This document shows, piece after piece, positions 1-9,293 of a stretch of DNA of 64,000 nt. Source of the DNA: Candidatus Liptonbacteria bacterium (GTDB lineage: Bacteria > Patescibacteriota > Minisyncoccia > UBA6257 > 2-01-FULL-56-20). The notes beneath the pieces were generated by a model. It saw only the letters and a list, made by a program, of their open reading frames with translations. It was not told where the DNA came from and did not search any database. Each line of letters opens with the position of its first letter. The stretch's first letter is position 1. Where the stretch lies: NCBI GenBank assembly GCA_023244895.1, contig JAHFLL010000001.1, forward strand, positions 681,802 to 745,801, written 5' to 3'. The translations under genes and the position numbers were made by a program.

Positions 1-146
1 GGCAGAAAAACTTTTTCTGCCTGTTTCTGACGGGACATGACCCTTATCCTAACGATTCTGAGAAGAAAAATAAAGCTCTCTGAACTCCTACCGCCTACAC
101 TCTAAGTTCTAAGCACTAAGTCCTATTTTCTAATTTAAAAACCAAA

Positions 147-167
147 GCCCCCCGCTAAGCGGGGGGC
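147..167 (-). terminator. Intrinsic terminator of the S-layer-like gene
   Basis: GCCCCCCGC-taa-GCGGGGGGC hairpin followed on the - strand by TTTGGTTTTT, ~50 nt after the stop at 220. Confidence 0.85.
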
Positions 168-219
168 CAAGGTTTGGCCTGCAATCTTCTCAAGAGATCG
201 CAGAGCTATGTGACTTGTC

Positions 220-3200
220 TTAGGATCCAGACACGTACGAGACGGAGTTGAGGTTGATCGGGGCAACGTTGGTCGGCAGCGAAAGGCTGCTGGTCGGCGT
301 GCCGGATAGACCACCCGTGTATCTCACATCTGTAGCCGCGTTGATGGAAGCTCCCAAGCCCTGAACCACACCGTTCGCACCAGCGAGAGTCTTGGTAGAG
401 TCTACGCGTAGCTTGAAGGAGTATGGCTGACCGGCAGAGATCTGCCAGCCGGCAGTGGTGGTTCCGAACATCCAAGTCTTGGTGCAAGTGTTGGTGCCGT
501 CGCAAGCAGCCGAGGTCGTAGCCGTTACACCAGAGGTGCTGGTTACGTTCACGCCGTTCGCGTCAAGCAAGGTCACACCCGCCAAGAAGGTGGAGATGGA
601 CGGAGCTGTACCGCTGAAGGTTACGGTCAAGGTGTTGAGGTAGGCGTTGTCCGCCGCATCAGCCGTAAAGGTGATGGTGGCGAAGTCGTCCGCAGTCAAC
701 TTGGAGCGGCTAGAAGCCGAACCGATCGCGGCAGAAGAGGCAGTCAGCTTGGTGCGCAATACGGTTAAGGTATTGGCAGTCGCGCCGCCGGAAGCCAGAA
801 CAACCGAGGAAGTAGCGTTAGACGTACTGCCCTTGGCGTTTACGGTTTCCGAGCCCATGTCGTCGTTATCGGTGTCGGTGGAAGTCGCGATCCTGAAGCT
901 GTGTGCGGAGTTATCCGACGCAGCGTTGGAGTTGTAGGTCGCTACATCTCCCTTCAAGATCAAACTGACCGAACCATTCTGAGGGATGGTCAAGTTCACG
1001 CCCGAGAACTTGTAGTAGTAACCAGCACCCGGGTTGGAGCTGGAAGCCGCGGTGTTAGAAGAACCAGCCGTGCCGATCGGGTTAACCAAATCGGTGGACT
1101 TATAGAGCTTCAGATTACCGAAGGAAGGCTTCACAGTTGAGGTCGCAGCTACTACGTCGAAGACGTTCAGGTCGGTGACCTTAATTTCATCCACGTTGGA
1201 AGTCTCCGAAAGCTGGAAGGCAGCCAAGGTGACTCCAGTCGAACCCATTACTACCTGGCCGGTGGCCGGAGTAAGGGAAGAGTTGAGGCCAACTGTTAAG
1301 GTCGCCTGACCAGCTACCGTCACAGCCTGACCAGCGGTGGAGGTGCAAGACACGGCGGTGCCGGTCGAGCCACTGCCAGAGCAGCTGGAAAGAGTGGTGA
1401 TGGTGTTGTTGGTCTGAGAGGTCGCCGAGGACAAAATGTCCGCGTAGACATCCACATAGACGGTCGTACCCTGGGCAACAGTGAACGGAGTACCCGCGAA
1501 GGAGTAGCTACCGTTGTTAGCCAAGGTGGCTTGCGTCTGACCAAACTGAGTGGAACCAATCTTTACCATCAAGTTCTGGAACTGAGCGCCAGCGGCGCCC
1601 ATCAAAACCGTGACGTTAGAGATAGTAACAGACTCCGCGGAAGAGGCAGACAGAGCGTAAGAACCGATCTTGCGCGCCAACGCACCCTTAGCGAAGGTCT
1701 GGGTACCAACTGCGCTGTTCTGAGCTACGGACAATGAAGTCGCGGACAAGGTCAGAGCACTGCCAGTCGCAGAACCGCTTGAGGCGGCTTGGCTGGAAGA
1801 CATGCCCTGCAAGTTGCTGGTATTGCCGGTTAAAGCACCGGTAATAGAGCTGAATGCCGCAGTGGACTGCACGTCACCGACCAAAGACAACACGCGAGTG
1901 GTGTTGGCCGGGACAATGTAGTTGATGTTGGAGCTAGTGTTACCGAAGCAGTTCGAGGCAGTCGAAGTGGCTGCCGAGAAAGCTGTACCGGTACAGGTCG
2001 CAGAGGTGGTCAAGGAGCTTATAGTAGCACCCAACTGACCGCCCGCATCATCCATCATGCGCACATTCTTGATTTCCTGGTCCCAATCTGCACCCAAGGT
2101 GCCGGTCGGAATCAATTGGAAGCCCAAGAACTTTACCTTAACCGCTTCGCCAGCGGCGTAGATGTTGAACTTAGCAAACGTTACATTGGACTGACCCTTC
2201 GCAACATTGCCGGTCGGGGTGTTGGAGGCCAAGGTGACAGTAATCTGTCCCTGGCTGATCGTTACCTGAGTACCGGTGTTGGACTGGGCTCCAATCGGAA
2301 CATTGTACTGAGAGTCAACAGCTAATACATCGTAGGAGTTCAAGATTTCGAACTGGAAGTTATAGCTCGCGGAACCCATAACGTCGGCGTAAACCTGAAC
2401 GTTATTGGAGCCGGTGTTAATCGTTCCAGGGGCCGAAGCCAAATCAAAGTAGGCCGAGCCATCTGCCGCAACCTGCGCCAAGGTAGAACCTACCTGGGTG
2501 CCGTTCACGAATAGCTTGACGTTCTTCAGATCGGACTTGTTGGCCGAACCGATAACCTTGAAGTTGATGCCCTTCAACCACACCTTGGAGTTGCCTCCAG
2601 TGAAGGTCCAGGCACCTACGATTACGTTCTGAGAGCCAGCAGTTACCGAAGTACCAATCGAAGACGAAGCGATGGTTAAGGTCGCGATCGCAGGATTAGA
2701 TACAGTGGTGACTGTCATGGTGTTTCCGTTCAAAGGATAGGAACCGCCAGCGGTGATCGCTGTGCCGGCTACGTCGGTCGCGGAGATATCCGCAGCCGAA
2801 GCAACTCTGAAGGAAATGGTGTTACCCGCGAACAAACCAGTGGCTGGATCTATGGCCAACTCAAAGGTGCGGGTCTGACCGGCGCCGACCGAAAGGCCTA
2901 AGCCGGAGAAGACCAATACGCCACCCGAAAGGGAGTTGTACTGGGCCAATACCTTACCATTTTCGGTCAGGTACGCACCGGAGATAGAACTGTCGGAAAC
3001 AACACCAGCTTTGGTGAACTTGATACCGTTGAAATTCACGGCGCCAGAATTACCAGCGGTTACATTCACGGCCAAAACCGGAATGCGCGCCGCGGAAGTG
3101 GTGCCAGAAATGATAGAACCAGCAACCGGGTTAGAGGCAGCGATGGTCGCTGTCAAACCGGAAGCCGGAACTACTACTGTGCCAGTGCCTGTGCCAGTAC

Positions 3201-3654
3201 CGGTTCCGGTGCCTGTGCCAGTGCCTGTGCCAGTCGAAGTGCCCATCGCCGCGATCTTAGCCCGAGTGATTGCACCAAAGTAGCCGGACGCCGGAGAGAC
3301 TCCGTTCGCCGCTTGCCACTTGGCCAAGGCTGCCTTGGTAGCTGCACCGAAATATTCGGTCTCGTTACCAGGGGAACCAGCACCACTCGCGGATACCTGC
3401 GCGCCATGAGAGTTAAGGAACTGCTGAAGGGCTTTTACTTGCGCTCCCTTCGAACCAAGAGTGAGGTTCATGGTGAAGGAATACGAAGAACCGCCGGTCT
3501 GCGCAGTACCTAACTGCGCCTGCAGTGCCGAAACCTGAGCGAGCAAGGCCGCAATCTGGGCCTGAAGATCAGTGGACGATTGAGCGGATACGCTCGGAAC
3601 TATGGCCAAAACGGTCATAGCGGTAAGCGCTATGGAAACTAATTTTTTGCTCAT
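220..3654 (-). CDS. Large secreted S-layer/cell-surface protein with N-terminal peptidoglycan-binding domain, (GT)n linker and repeated beta-rich Ig-like domains
   Basis: Signal peptide; coiled coil LQAQIAALLAQVSALQAQL; PG_binding-like LTLGSKGAQVKALQQFLN...YFGAATKAALAKWQ; Ser/Thr/Gly/Ala-rich; strongly biased codon usage. Confidence 0.8.
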   Translation of the reverse strand: MSKKLVSIALTAMTVLAIVPSVSAQSSTDLQAQIAALLAQVSALQAQLGTAQTGGSSYSFTMNLTLGSKGAQVKALQQFLNSHGAQVSASGAGSPGNETEYFGAATKAALAKWQAANGVSPASGYFGAITRAKIAAMGTSTGTGTGTGTGTGTGTGTGTVVVPASGLTATIAASNPVAGSIISGTTSAARIPVLAVNVTAGNSGAVNFNGIKFTKAGVVSDSSISGAYLTENGKVLAQYNSLSGGVLVFSGLGLSVGAGQTRTFELAIDPATGLFAGNTISFRVASAADISATDVAGTAITAGGSYPLNGNTMTVTTVSNPAIATLTIASSSIGTSVTAGSQNVIVGAWTFTGGNSKVWLKGINFKVIGSANKSDLKNVKLFVNGTQVGSTLAQVAADGSAYFDLASAPGTINTGSNNVQVYADVMGSASYNFQFEILNSYDVLAVDSQYNVPIGAQSNTGTQVTISQGQITVTLASNTPTGNVAKGQSNVTFAKFNIYAAGEAVKVKFLGFQLIPTGTLGADWDQEIKNVRMMDDAGGQLGATISSLTTSATCTGTAFSAATSTASNCFGNTSSNINYIVPANTTRVLSLVGDVQSTAAFSSITGALTGNTSNLQGMSSSQAASSGSATGSALTLSATSLSVAQNSAVGTQTFAKGALARKIGSYALSASSAESVTISNVTVLMGAAGAQFQNLMVKIGSTQFGQTQATLANNGSYSFAGTPFTVAQGTTVYVDVYADILSSATSQTNNTITTLSSCSGSGSTGTAVSCTSTAGQAVTVAGQATLTVGLNSSLTPATGQVVMGSTGVTLAAFQLSETSNVDEIKVTDLNVFDVVAATSTVKPSFGNLKLYKSTDLVNPIGTAGSSNTAASSSNPGAGYYYKFSGVNLTIPQNGSVSLILKGDVATYNSNAASDNSAHSFRIATSTDTDNDDMGSETVNAKGSTSNATSSVVLASGGATANTLTVLRTKLTASSAAIGSASSRSKLTADDFATITFTADAADNAYLNTLTVTFSGTAPSISTFLAGVTLLDANGVNVTSTSGVTATTSAACDGTNTCTKTWMFGTTTAGWQISAGQPYSFKLRVDSTKTLAGANGVVQGLGASINAATDVRYTGGLSGTPTSSLSLPTNVAPINLNSVSYVSGS
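3176..3236 (-). repeat. In-frame hexamer tandem repeat encoding a (Gly-Thr)n linker
   Basis: gccagt/gcctgt/accggt units encoding TGTGTGTG... Confidence 0.85.
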
Positions 3655-3962
3655 CTTTTACTGAATTACTTACTTTTAATTTCGTTTTAATTTTTTTCTG
3701 GAAGGGTGATTCCGGCGCTATCGACCCGTCTTCTAACCTGTGAGGTTGGTCAGATGGACAGCTGTACGGAGACCCGTAGTAACAATGAAAACCCGGATAA
3801 TAAAAAACTCGCTCTGGGAGCGAGGCTTGGTATACGAATGCCTTAACGAACAGGCACACACGAATAATTCTATTCGTATGGGCGCGTTCGTAGCGCGCTA
3901 TCCGTATGCCAGATTCAGCCTCACTTCCGAATCCGGGCTGGTCCGAAGACCTTAAATTGACA
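3655..3962 (-). ncRNA. Candidate structured leader RNA / attenuator of the S-layer gene
   Basis: C-UUCG-G hairpin (3940-3951), four-way junction (3828-3911), terminator-like hairpin plus U-tract (3802-3824), further hairpins 3690-3780. Confidence 0.55.
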
Positions 3963-3968
3963 ACTGCG

Positions 3969-3997
3969 ATTATACCCTCCTTACCACAAAAAATCAA
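3969..3997 (-). promoter_or_regulatory. sigma70 promoter upstream of the S-layer leader
   Basis: - strand TTGATT-N17-TATAAT. Confidence 0.75.
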
Positions 3998-4044
3998 CTC
4001 CTGCAGGGTATAGCGGAAGAGGAAACGGGTAGCCCGTTAAAAGG

Positions 4045-4773
4045 TTACGGCAGGGGGCTAGAAAGCGCCTTTGGACCATTTTCCGGCACGGAAATGACCG
4101 TATCGCGCCTGACTCTGTAATAGGTAGCTGGCCCTCCCCCGCCGATACGCTCTACCTCGCCCGAAACCATCAGCTCCTGTATGTCATAACGCAAAGTCCG
4201 GTCGCTTATGTCCGGCAAGGCCTCTTGGATGTCTCGCAACCGGCAACTGCCCGCCTGCCTTATTTTACTTAGAATTGCCTCTCGACGAACATTGGATTCG
4301 GCACTGTTTTTCTTGGATTCCTTAACCTCCTTAGGCTCCCCATTCTCCTGCTTAGGCTCTTTCGGCAAGACGCTTATCTTTGCCTCTCTGGGTTCCTTTT
4401 GCCGAATTGCCGAATTGCCGAATTGTTTCGGCAATGGCGTAAATATATTGCCGAGTTCAATTGCCGGATTATCCGGCAATATTGCCGAATTCATTGCCGA
4501 ATTAAGATTCTGCAATTCGGCAATAATGAGCTGACTATGATTTTGCCGAATTAAGCCAGATTCGGCAATTATTCTTAAAATATTCTCCAATCCGGCAAGA
4601 TGCTTATTAAAAGAGTCCCTATCTAAGGCGCTTGCCGATTCCATTACGCCTATTGCATGGGAGTATAAAACAGACCTTATTGCCGGATCCTGGTTCGCGG
4701 CAACCCTAAAGACAGCGTAAGCTATTTCGAAACCCTTTTTGCCGAATACCTGTTCTTTGCTTAATTCCGGCAT
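4045..4773 (-). CDS. DNA-binding protein: N-terminal helical (four-helix-bundle-like) domain, low-complexity linker, C-terminal DeoR-type winged HTH
   Basis: C-terminal RREAILSKIRQAGSCRLRDIQEALPDISDRTLRYDIQELMVSGEVERIGGG...YY is DeoR-like wHTH. Confidence 0.75.
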   Translation of the reverse strand: MPELSKEQVFGKKGFEIAYAVFRVAANQDPAIRSVLYSHAIGVMESASALDRDSFNKHLAGLENILRIIAESGLIRQNHSQLIIAELQNLNSAMNSAILPDNPAIELGNIFTPLPKQFGNSAIRQKEPREAKISVLPKEPKQENGEPKEVKESKKNSAESNVRREAILSKIRQAGSCRLRDIQEALPDISDRTLRYDIQELMVSGEVERIGGGGPATYYRVRRDTVISVPENGPKALSSPLP

Positions 4774-4843
4774 TGCCTTAATTCGGCAATACTATCGCAC
4801 AAGCCAAAAAGGAATGCAAGCCGAATTGCCGGATATTCGGCAA
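4211..4843. repeat. Dense cluster of 8-bp motif TTGCCGRA / TYCGGCAA (about 22 copies counted by eye, a few with one mismatch)
   Basis: Copies at 4211, 4239, 4361, 4399, 4407, 4415, 4427, 4448, 4461, 4472, 4482, 4494, 4516, 4543, 4561, 4591, 4632, 4680, 4739, 4782, 4826, 4836. Confidence 0.9.
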
Positions 4844-4936
4844 GCACCAAGTTCCAAATACCAAACTCCAAACAAATCCCTCCGACAGGAGCGGGTTGAT
4901 GCTTGTTTGTTATTTGGTGCTTGGGATTTGGGATTT
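4841..4936. repeat. Degenerate inverted heptamer array (CCAAA-type), same family as 51295-51410
   Basis: caagcaccaagttccaaataccaaactccaaacaaatccc ... ttgtttgttatttggtgcttgggatttggga. Confidence 0.7.
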
Positions 4937-5726
4937 ACGCAATTTTATTGCGTTGCATGTATTCCTCCGCCTCCTTTAACCCCTCTAAAGTCCCGCAGTC
5001 CAAACGATGTCCGTCAAATTCCCAGCCATAGACATAATTCCCCTTTTTAAACTCCATATCTATGCCGGAATAAACCGGCAGGGCATCCGCCGCGTGCGCC
5101 ATATTCAAAGATGCCTCTTTTAAGTTTTTCAGAATCTCCGGACCCAAAACATATCCACCTATCACATAGAGTTCGGAGGGAACCTGCGCGAGAGGCGGCT
5201 TTTCTATAATATTTGAAATCTGATAAACGTCCGGTTCGCCCAAAACAGGCTCGGCAACTACCACGCCGTAACGCACTATTACCTCCTTCGGTCCGCGCGC
5301 CAGAAGCACGGCGGAACGATCTTTTTTTTCATACAATTCTATGAGGCGCGTAAGAGTCGGCTGACCGCCAAGAATTATGTCGTCGCAAAATCTCATTAGA
5401 AAGGGCTCCTCCCCTATTAAGTCTTCCGCCTGTAAAATCGCGTGGCCATGACCCAACGGTTCGGCCTGGACGCGAATATGGAATTTCAACTTGGGATATT
5501 CTCTTCCAGCTTCTTCAATATACTCCTCGTAAGCACCTTGGTGCTGGGGACTAACGATCAAAACAACTTCCTCAAGCTCGGTCTTTTTAATCTCGTCCAG
5601 AATATAGGAGACTATCGGCCGACCCGCGAGCGGAATCAGGTTTTTAGGGGTGGTAAGCGTAAGCGGCATCAAGCGCTTGCCTATCCCCGCTACCGGTAAA
5701 ATTATTTTGCGTACCTTGTGGCTCAT
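4935..5726 (-). CDS. galU: UTP--glucose-1-phosphate uridylyltransferase-like sugar nucleotidyltransferase
   Basis: ILPVAGIGKRLMPLTLTTPKNLIPL, QAEPLGHGHAIL, RYGVV, IIEKP, DCGTLEG motifs. Confidence 0.7.
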   Translation of the reverse strand: MSHKVRKIILPVAGIGKRLMPLTLTTPKNLIPLAGRPIVSYILDEIKKTELEEVVLIVSPQHQGAYEEYIEEAGREYPKLKFHIRVQAEPLGHGHAILQAEDLIGEEPFLMRFCDDIILGGQPTLTRLIELYEKKDRSAVLLARGPKEVIVRYGVVVAEPVLGEPDVYQISNIIEKPPLAQVPSELYVIGGYVLGPEILKNLKEASLNMAHAADALPVYSGIDMEFKKGNYVYGWEFDGHRLDCGTLEGLKEAEEYMQRNKIA

Positions 5727-5811
5727 ATTTCCGATAATATCCGCAACTTATCTGATAGGCAAATTCTGGGGACGGTCTACCCTCTAGCGGGCCCGCCAAA
5801 AGCGGGCAAGT

Positions 5812-6546
5812 TTATCCTCCCCCGGCGGAAGACCAAATAGACCAAGAGTTGGCAGTTAGCATCAAAATAACGAGCGCAAACCAGGTAGAAAAGTAGAGCA
5901 GTCCGCTCCGACGAGAAAGAGCTCCCCGAAAACTTTCCAAAACCATCTCCGTCCCGATAACCAAAGACACCAAGACTAATCCGGTTTGGAGATATTGACT
6001 CATGGGCAGAATAGACGCGACCCAAATGAGCTCTAAGGTGAAAAATGCCAAAACGCCAGCGCCCACCGCTCGTCGCCCGGGCGCGAGCTCCTCTCCCCCA
6101 TAGTGGAACATAAGATGGTTCAGCAAAAAGAAAATCGCGAGCGCGAGAATTATCGCGGTGAGCCACAAGCCTGGCACGCCAGGATTTGTGAAATATCCAA
6201 AAAACAAGAGAAGCATCACAAAAGAAAGCGTGAAGAACAAGGCCTCGCTGGCAGATGCCCGATTTATGAGCAATAGGTCCTTAATGCCCAGGACCAGAAA
6301 CATCAAAACCGACAGGAGTAATGCCATCCAAAAATTACTAGCCGGAACAAAAAAAGTAATCCCCAATAAGGCCAAAAATGGCAGTCCCGTCCGGCCGGGC
6401 TGGAAAAAGGGAATGAAGTAAAGCAAAAGCGCAACCGCAAGAAACCAGCCATAGGGCAGAAGCCAAAAAGCCGCTCCGAACGCGACGGCTCTAGCTACCA
6501 ACCACCAAGGCGTTATTTTTGAAATTGACCTTAATTTTTCCTCCAT
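5812..6546 (-). CDS. Multi-pass membrane protein of unknown function (overlaps clpB 3' end)
   Basis: About 8 hydrophobic segments; co-oriented directly after clpB. Confidence 0.7.
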   Translation of the reverse strand: MEEKLRSISKITPWWLVARAVAFGAAFWLLPYGWFLAVALLLYFIPFFQPGRTGLPFLALLGITFFVPASNFWMALLLSVLMFLVLGIKDLLLINRASASEALFFTLSFVMLLLFFGYFTNPGVPGLWLTAIILALAIFFLLNHLMFHYGGEELAPGRRAVGAGVLAFFTLELIWVASILPMSQYLQTGLVLVSLVIGTEMVLESFRGALSRRSGLLYFSTWFALVILMLTANSWSIWSSAGGG

Positions 6547-9136
6547 TTTTGAATTCTCCGCGAATAATCTTATCCGCTAGACCGTCTAGAATAACCTTCT
6601 GCATCAAGCGCTTTAAAGGTCGCGCGCCGAAATCCGGGTCAAAGCCCTCTTTGGCCAGGTATTTCTTGGCAGCCGGGTCTAGAGTTATTTTAATGCTTTT
6701 TTCGGATAAACGCTCTTCTATTTGGCGGAATTGAATATCCACGATCTTCTCTATCTCCTGGGGAGACAAAGGATTAAAGATAATCACGTCATCTATACGA
6801 TTCAAGAACTCCGGCCGAAAACTGCGCTTTAGGGCCTCCATCACCTTACTCTTATAATCCTCCGTGTCTACTTCTTTCTCATTTTCTCCGTCCGCCCGGA
6901 AGCCCAGCTTGGTAGTAGAGCGCAAATGCTGACTGCCCACATTGGAGGTCATAATAATAATCGCATTCCGGAAATTAACCGTCTTACCCTTGCTGTCGGT
7001 TAGCCGGCCGTTGTCCAAAATCTGTAGCAATAAGTTGAACACCTCCGGATGAGCTTTTTCTATCTCGTCAAAAAGTATCAGGCTGTAGGGTCGATGGCGG
7101 ACCGTTTCGGTCAGCTGTCCACCCTCCTCGTGACCGACGTAGCCCGGAGGCGAACCTATTAGCCTGCTAGTAGAGTGCCGCTCCATATATTCCGACATAT
7201 CAATACGGATTATGGCCTTCTCGTCGTTGAACATAAATTCCGCGAGTGTGCGCGCCAGCTCCGTCTTACCCACCCCAGTCGGACCGAGAAACATAAATGA
7301 GCCCAAGGGTCTACTCGGGTCAGAAAGTCCCGCGCGAGCGCGGCGCAGGGCGGAGGAAACAGCTTTAATAGCCTGATCCTGGCCCACTACCCTCTCTCGT
7401 AAGACATCTTCTATTTTGGTTAGCTTCTCGCCTTCCGACTCCAGCATCCTTTGAAGCGGTATGCCCGTCCAGAGAGAAACCACCGCCGCCACATCTTCCT
7501 TGTCCACTGCCTCTTTTAGAAAATGCGCTTCTTCTCCTGATTTTTTTGTTTTCTTGCCCTCGCTGAAGTGCTTCTTCTCGTAGTTTTCGTAATCCTTCTG
7601 AGCCTGAGGCAGTTCTCCGTAAATTATTTCTGCTACCCGCTCTAGGTTGCCATCTCTCTCCGCCACCTCCACTTCCCTTTTCAGGTTTTCTAACTTTTGT
7701 CTCAACTGGTGCAGAGTCTCAAACTTAACTTTTTCGGTACGCCAACGAGAAGAGAGCTCTTCGTTCTCTCCTTTTAGTTTGGCCAAATCGGAATCAATCT
7801 GTTTTAAGCGCGCTTTGCTACCGGAGGTCTCTTCCTTGCTAAGCGCCTGGCGCTCTACTTCCAGACGAGTCATCTCTCTACGCGCCTTACTTATTTCGGT
7901 CGGCAAGCTCTCACTCAGTAGGCGCCTCGCTGCCGCCGCTTCATCAATTAAGTCCACTGCCTTATCCGGCAAAAAACGGTCAGAGATGTAGCGCGCGGAA
8001 AGATTGACCGCCGCCACAATTGCCTCGTCCGAGATACGCAGACCGTGGTGAATTTCATATTTCTCCTTCAGGCCCCGCAAAATAGCAATAGAATCTTCTA
8101 TGCCGGGCTCCTCTACCATAACCGGTTGGAAGCGTCTCTCTAGAGCCGGGTCCTTTTCAATATAACGCTGATATTCCCGGATTGTGGTCGCGCCGATAGC
8201 ATGCAATTCCCCTCTTGCCAAAGCCGGCTTCAATAAGTTGGAAGCATCCACCGCGCCCTCCGCCGCGCCTGCGCCCACGATAGTATGTATCTCATCTATA
8301 AAAAGTATCAGCCGCCCCGCGGAATTTTTTATCTCCTTCACGAAAGCCTTAAGACGGTCTTCAAATTCTCCCCTAAACTTAGTGCCCGCGATTAGCGCGC
8401 CTAGGTCCAGCATTAAAATCTGCTTGTCTTTTAATGTTTCCGGTACCTCGCCCGAGACAATCTTCTGAGCCAGACCCTCCACTATCGCGGTCTTGCCCAC
8501 ACCCGGCTCGCCGATTAGGACCGGATTGTTCTTGGTGCGCCGGGAGAGAACCTGTATGACCCGACGCAACTCATCGTCCCGCCCGATAACGGGGTCAAGC
8601 TGACCGGCCTTAGCCTTGTCGCTTAGGTTGATAGCGTATTTTTCCAGCACCTGATACTTGGTTTCCGGAGTTTCGTCCGTCACGCGCGCGGAACCGCGCA
8701 ACTGGGCCAGAATTCTTATGGCCGCGTCTCTCCTTAAACCGGATTCCTGCAAGGTTCGCTGAGCCGCGGAGGGAATGTCCAGGATAGCGAGCAGAATATG
8801 CTCGCAGGAAATGAATTCGTCTTTCTGCTGGGCAGCCACTTTGGCGGACTGGTCCAAAATACGCATCACTTCTTGAGAAAGATAGAGCTGACCCACCGCC
8901 CCACCCCCGGCTATTTTAGGCAGCTGGTCAATCTGCGCCTCTACGTCGCTCTGAAGTTTTTCCAAATTTATTCCCGCTTGCGCCATAAGCGGCTGGACCA
9001 AAGATTGGCTGTCCGACACGAGGGACAAGAGTAAGTGCAGAGCCTTAAGCTCACCATGATTCTTCTCGGCAGCCTTCTCCTGCGCGAATTGTAATGATTC
9101 CTGAGCCTTTATGGTAAAACGGTGAAAATTGGGCAT
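6491..9136 (-). CDS. clpB: ATP-dependent chaperone ClpB
   Basis: Clp-N domain, two AAA+ modules ([16 protein letters not shown]), long coiled-coil middle domain. Confidence 0.9.
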   Translation of the reverse strand: MPNFHRFTIKAQESLQFAQEKAAEKNHGELKALHLLLSLVSDSQSLVQPLMAQAGINLEKLQSDVEAQIDQLPKIAGGGAVGQLYLSQEVMRILDQSAKVAAQQKDEFISCEHILLAILDIPSAAQRTLQESGLRRDAAIRILAQLRGSARVTDETPETKYQVLEKYAINLSDKAKAGQLDPVIGRDDELRRVIQVLSRRTKNNPVLIGEPGVGKTAIVEGLAQKIVSGEVPETLKDKQILMLDLGALIAGTKFRGEFEDRLKAFVKEIKNSAGRLILFIDEIHTIVGAGAAEGAVDASNLLKPALARGELHAIGATTIREYQRYIEKDPALERRFQPVMVEEPGIEDSIAILRGLKEKYEIHHGLRISDEAIVAAVNLSARYISDRFLPDKAVDLIDEAAAARRLLSESLPTEISKARREMTRLEVERQALSKEETSGSKARLKQIDSDLAKLKGENEELSSRWRTEKVKFETLHQLRQKLENLKREVEVAERDGNLERVAEIIYGELPQAQKDYENYEKKHFSEGKKTKKSGEEAHFLKEAVDKEDVAAVVSLWTGIPLQRMLESEGEKLTKIEDVLRERVVGQDQAIKAVSSALRRARAGLSDPSRPLGSFMFLGPTGVGKTELARTLAEFMFNDEKAIIRIDMSEYMERHSTSRLIGSPPGYVGHEEGGQLTETVRHRPYSLILFDEIEKAHPEVFNLLLQILDNGRLTDSKGKTVNFRNAIIIMTSNVGSQHLRSTTKLGFRADGENEKEVDTEDYKSKVMEALKRSFRPEFLNRIDDVIIFNPLSPQEIEKIVDIQFRQIEERLSEKSIKITLDPAAKKYLAKEGFDPDFGARPLKRLMQKVILDGLADKIIRGEFKNGGKIKVNFKNNALVVGS

Positions 9137-9238
9137 TTGAGATAAATTAAAGTTTATAAATCAAAATGTAGAATGGCGAACTCGCCACACAGCGAATTAT
9201 ACCTTAATTCCGCATTTTGATATTTGATTTTTGAACTG

Positions 9239-9278
9239 AGTTTAAGAAATATTGTCAGTCCTGTCAACAGATTGCCAA
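9239..9278 (-). promoter_or_regulatory. clpB promoter overlapped by a CIRCE-like (HrcA) operator
   Basis: - strand TTGACA-N17-TAAACT; TTGTCAGTC-N9-GATTGCCAA at 9252-9278 resembles the groES CIRCE. Confidence 0.7.
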
Positions 9279-9293
9279 TACGCCCCTAAAAGT

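Noticed and set aside
3569-3997. 142-aa ORF over the S-layer upstream region
   Set aside because: It starts inside the -35 box, overlaps the S-layer gene out of frame and has atypical composition; RNA structure explains the region better.
4399-4843. CRISPR array interpretation of the TTGCCGAA cluster
   Set aside because: The unit is only 8 bp, in mixed orientation, irregularly spaced and inside an ORF; no cas genes in the window.
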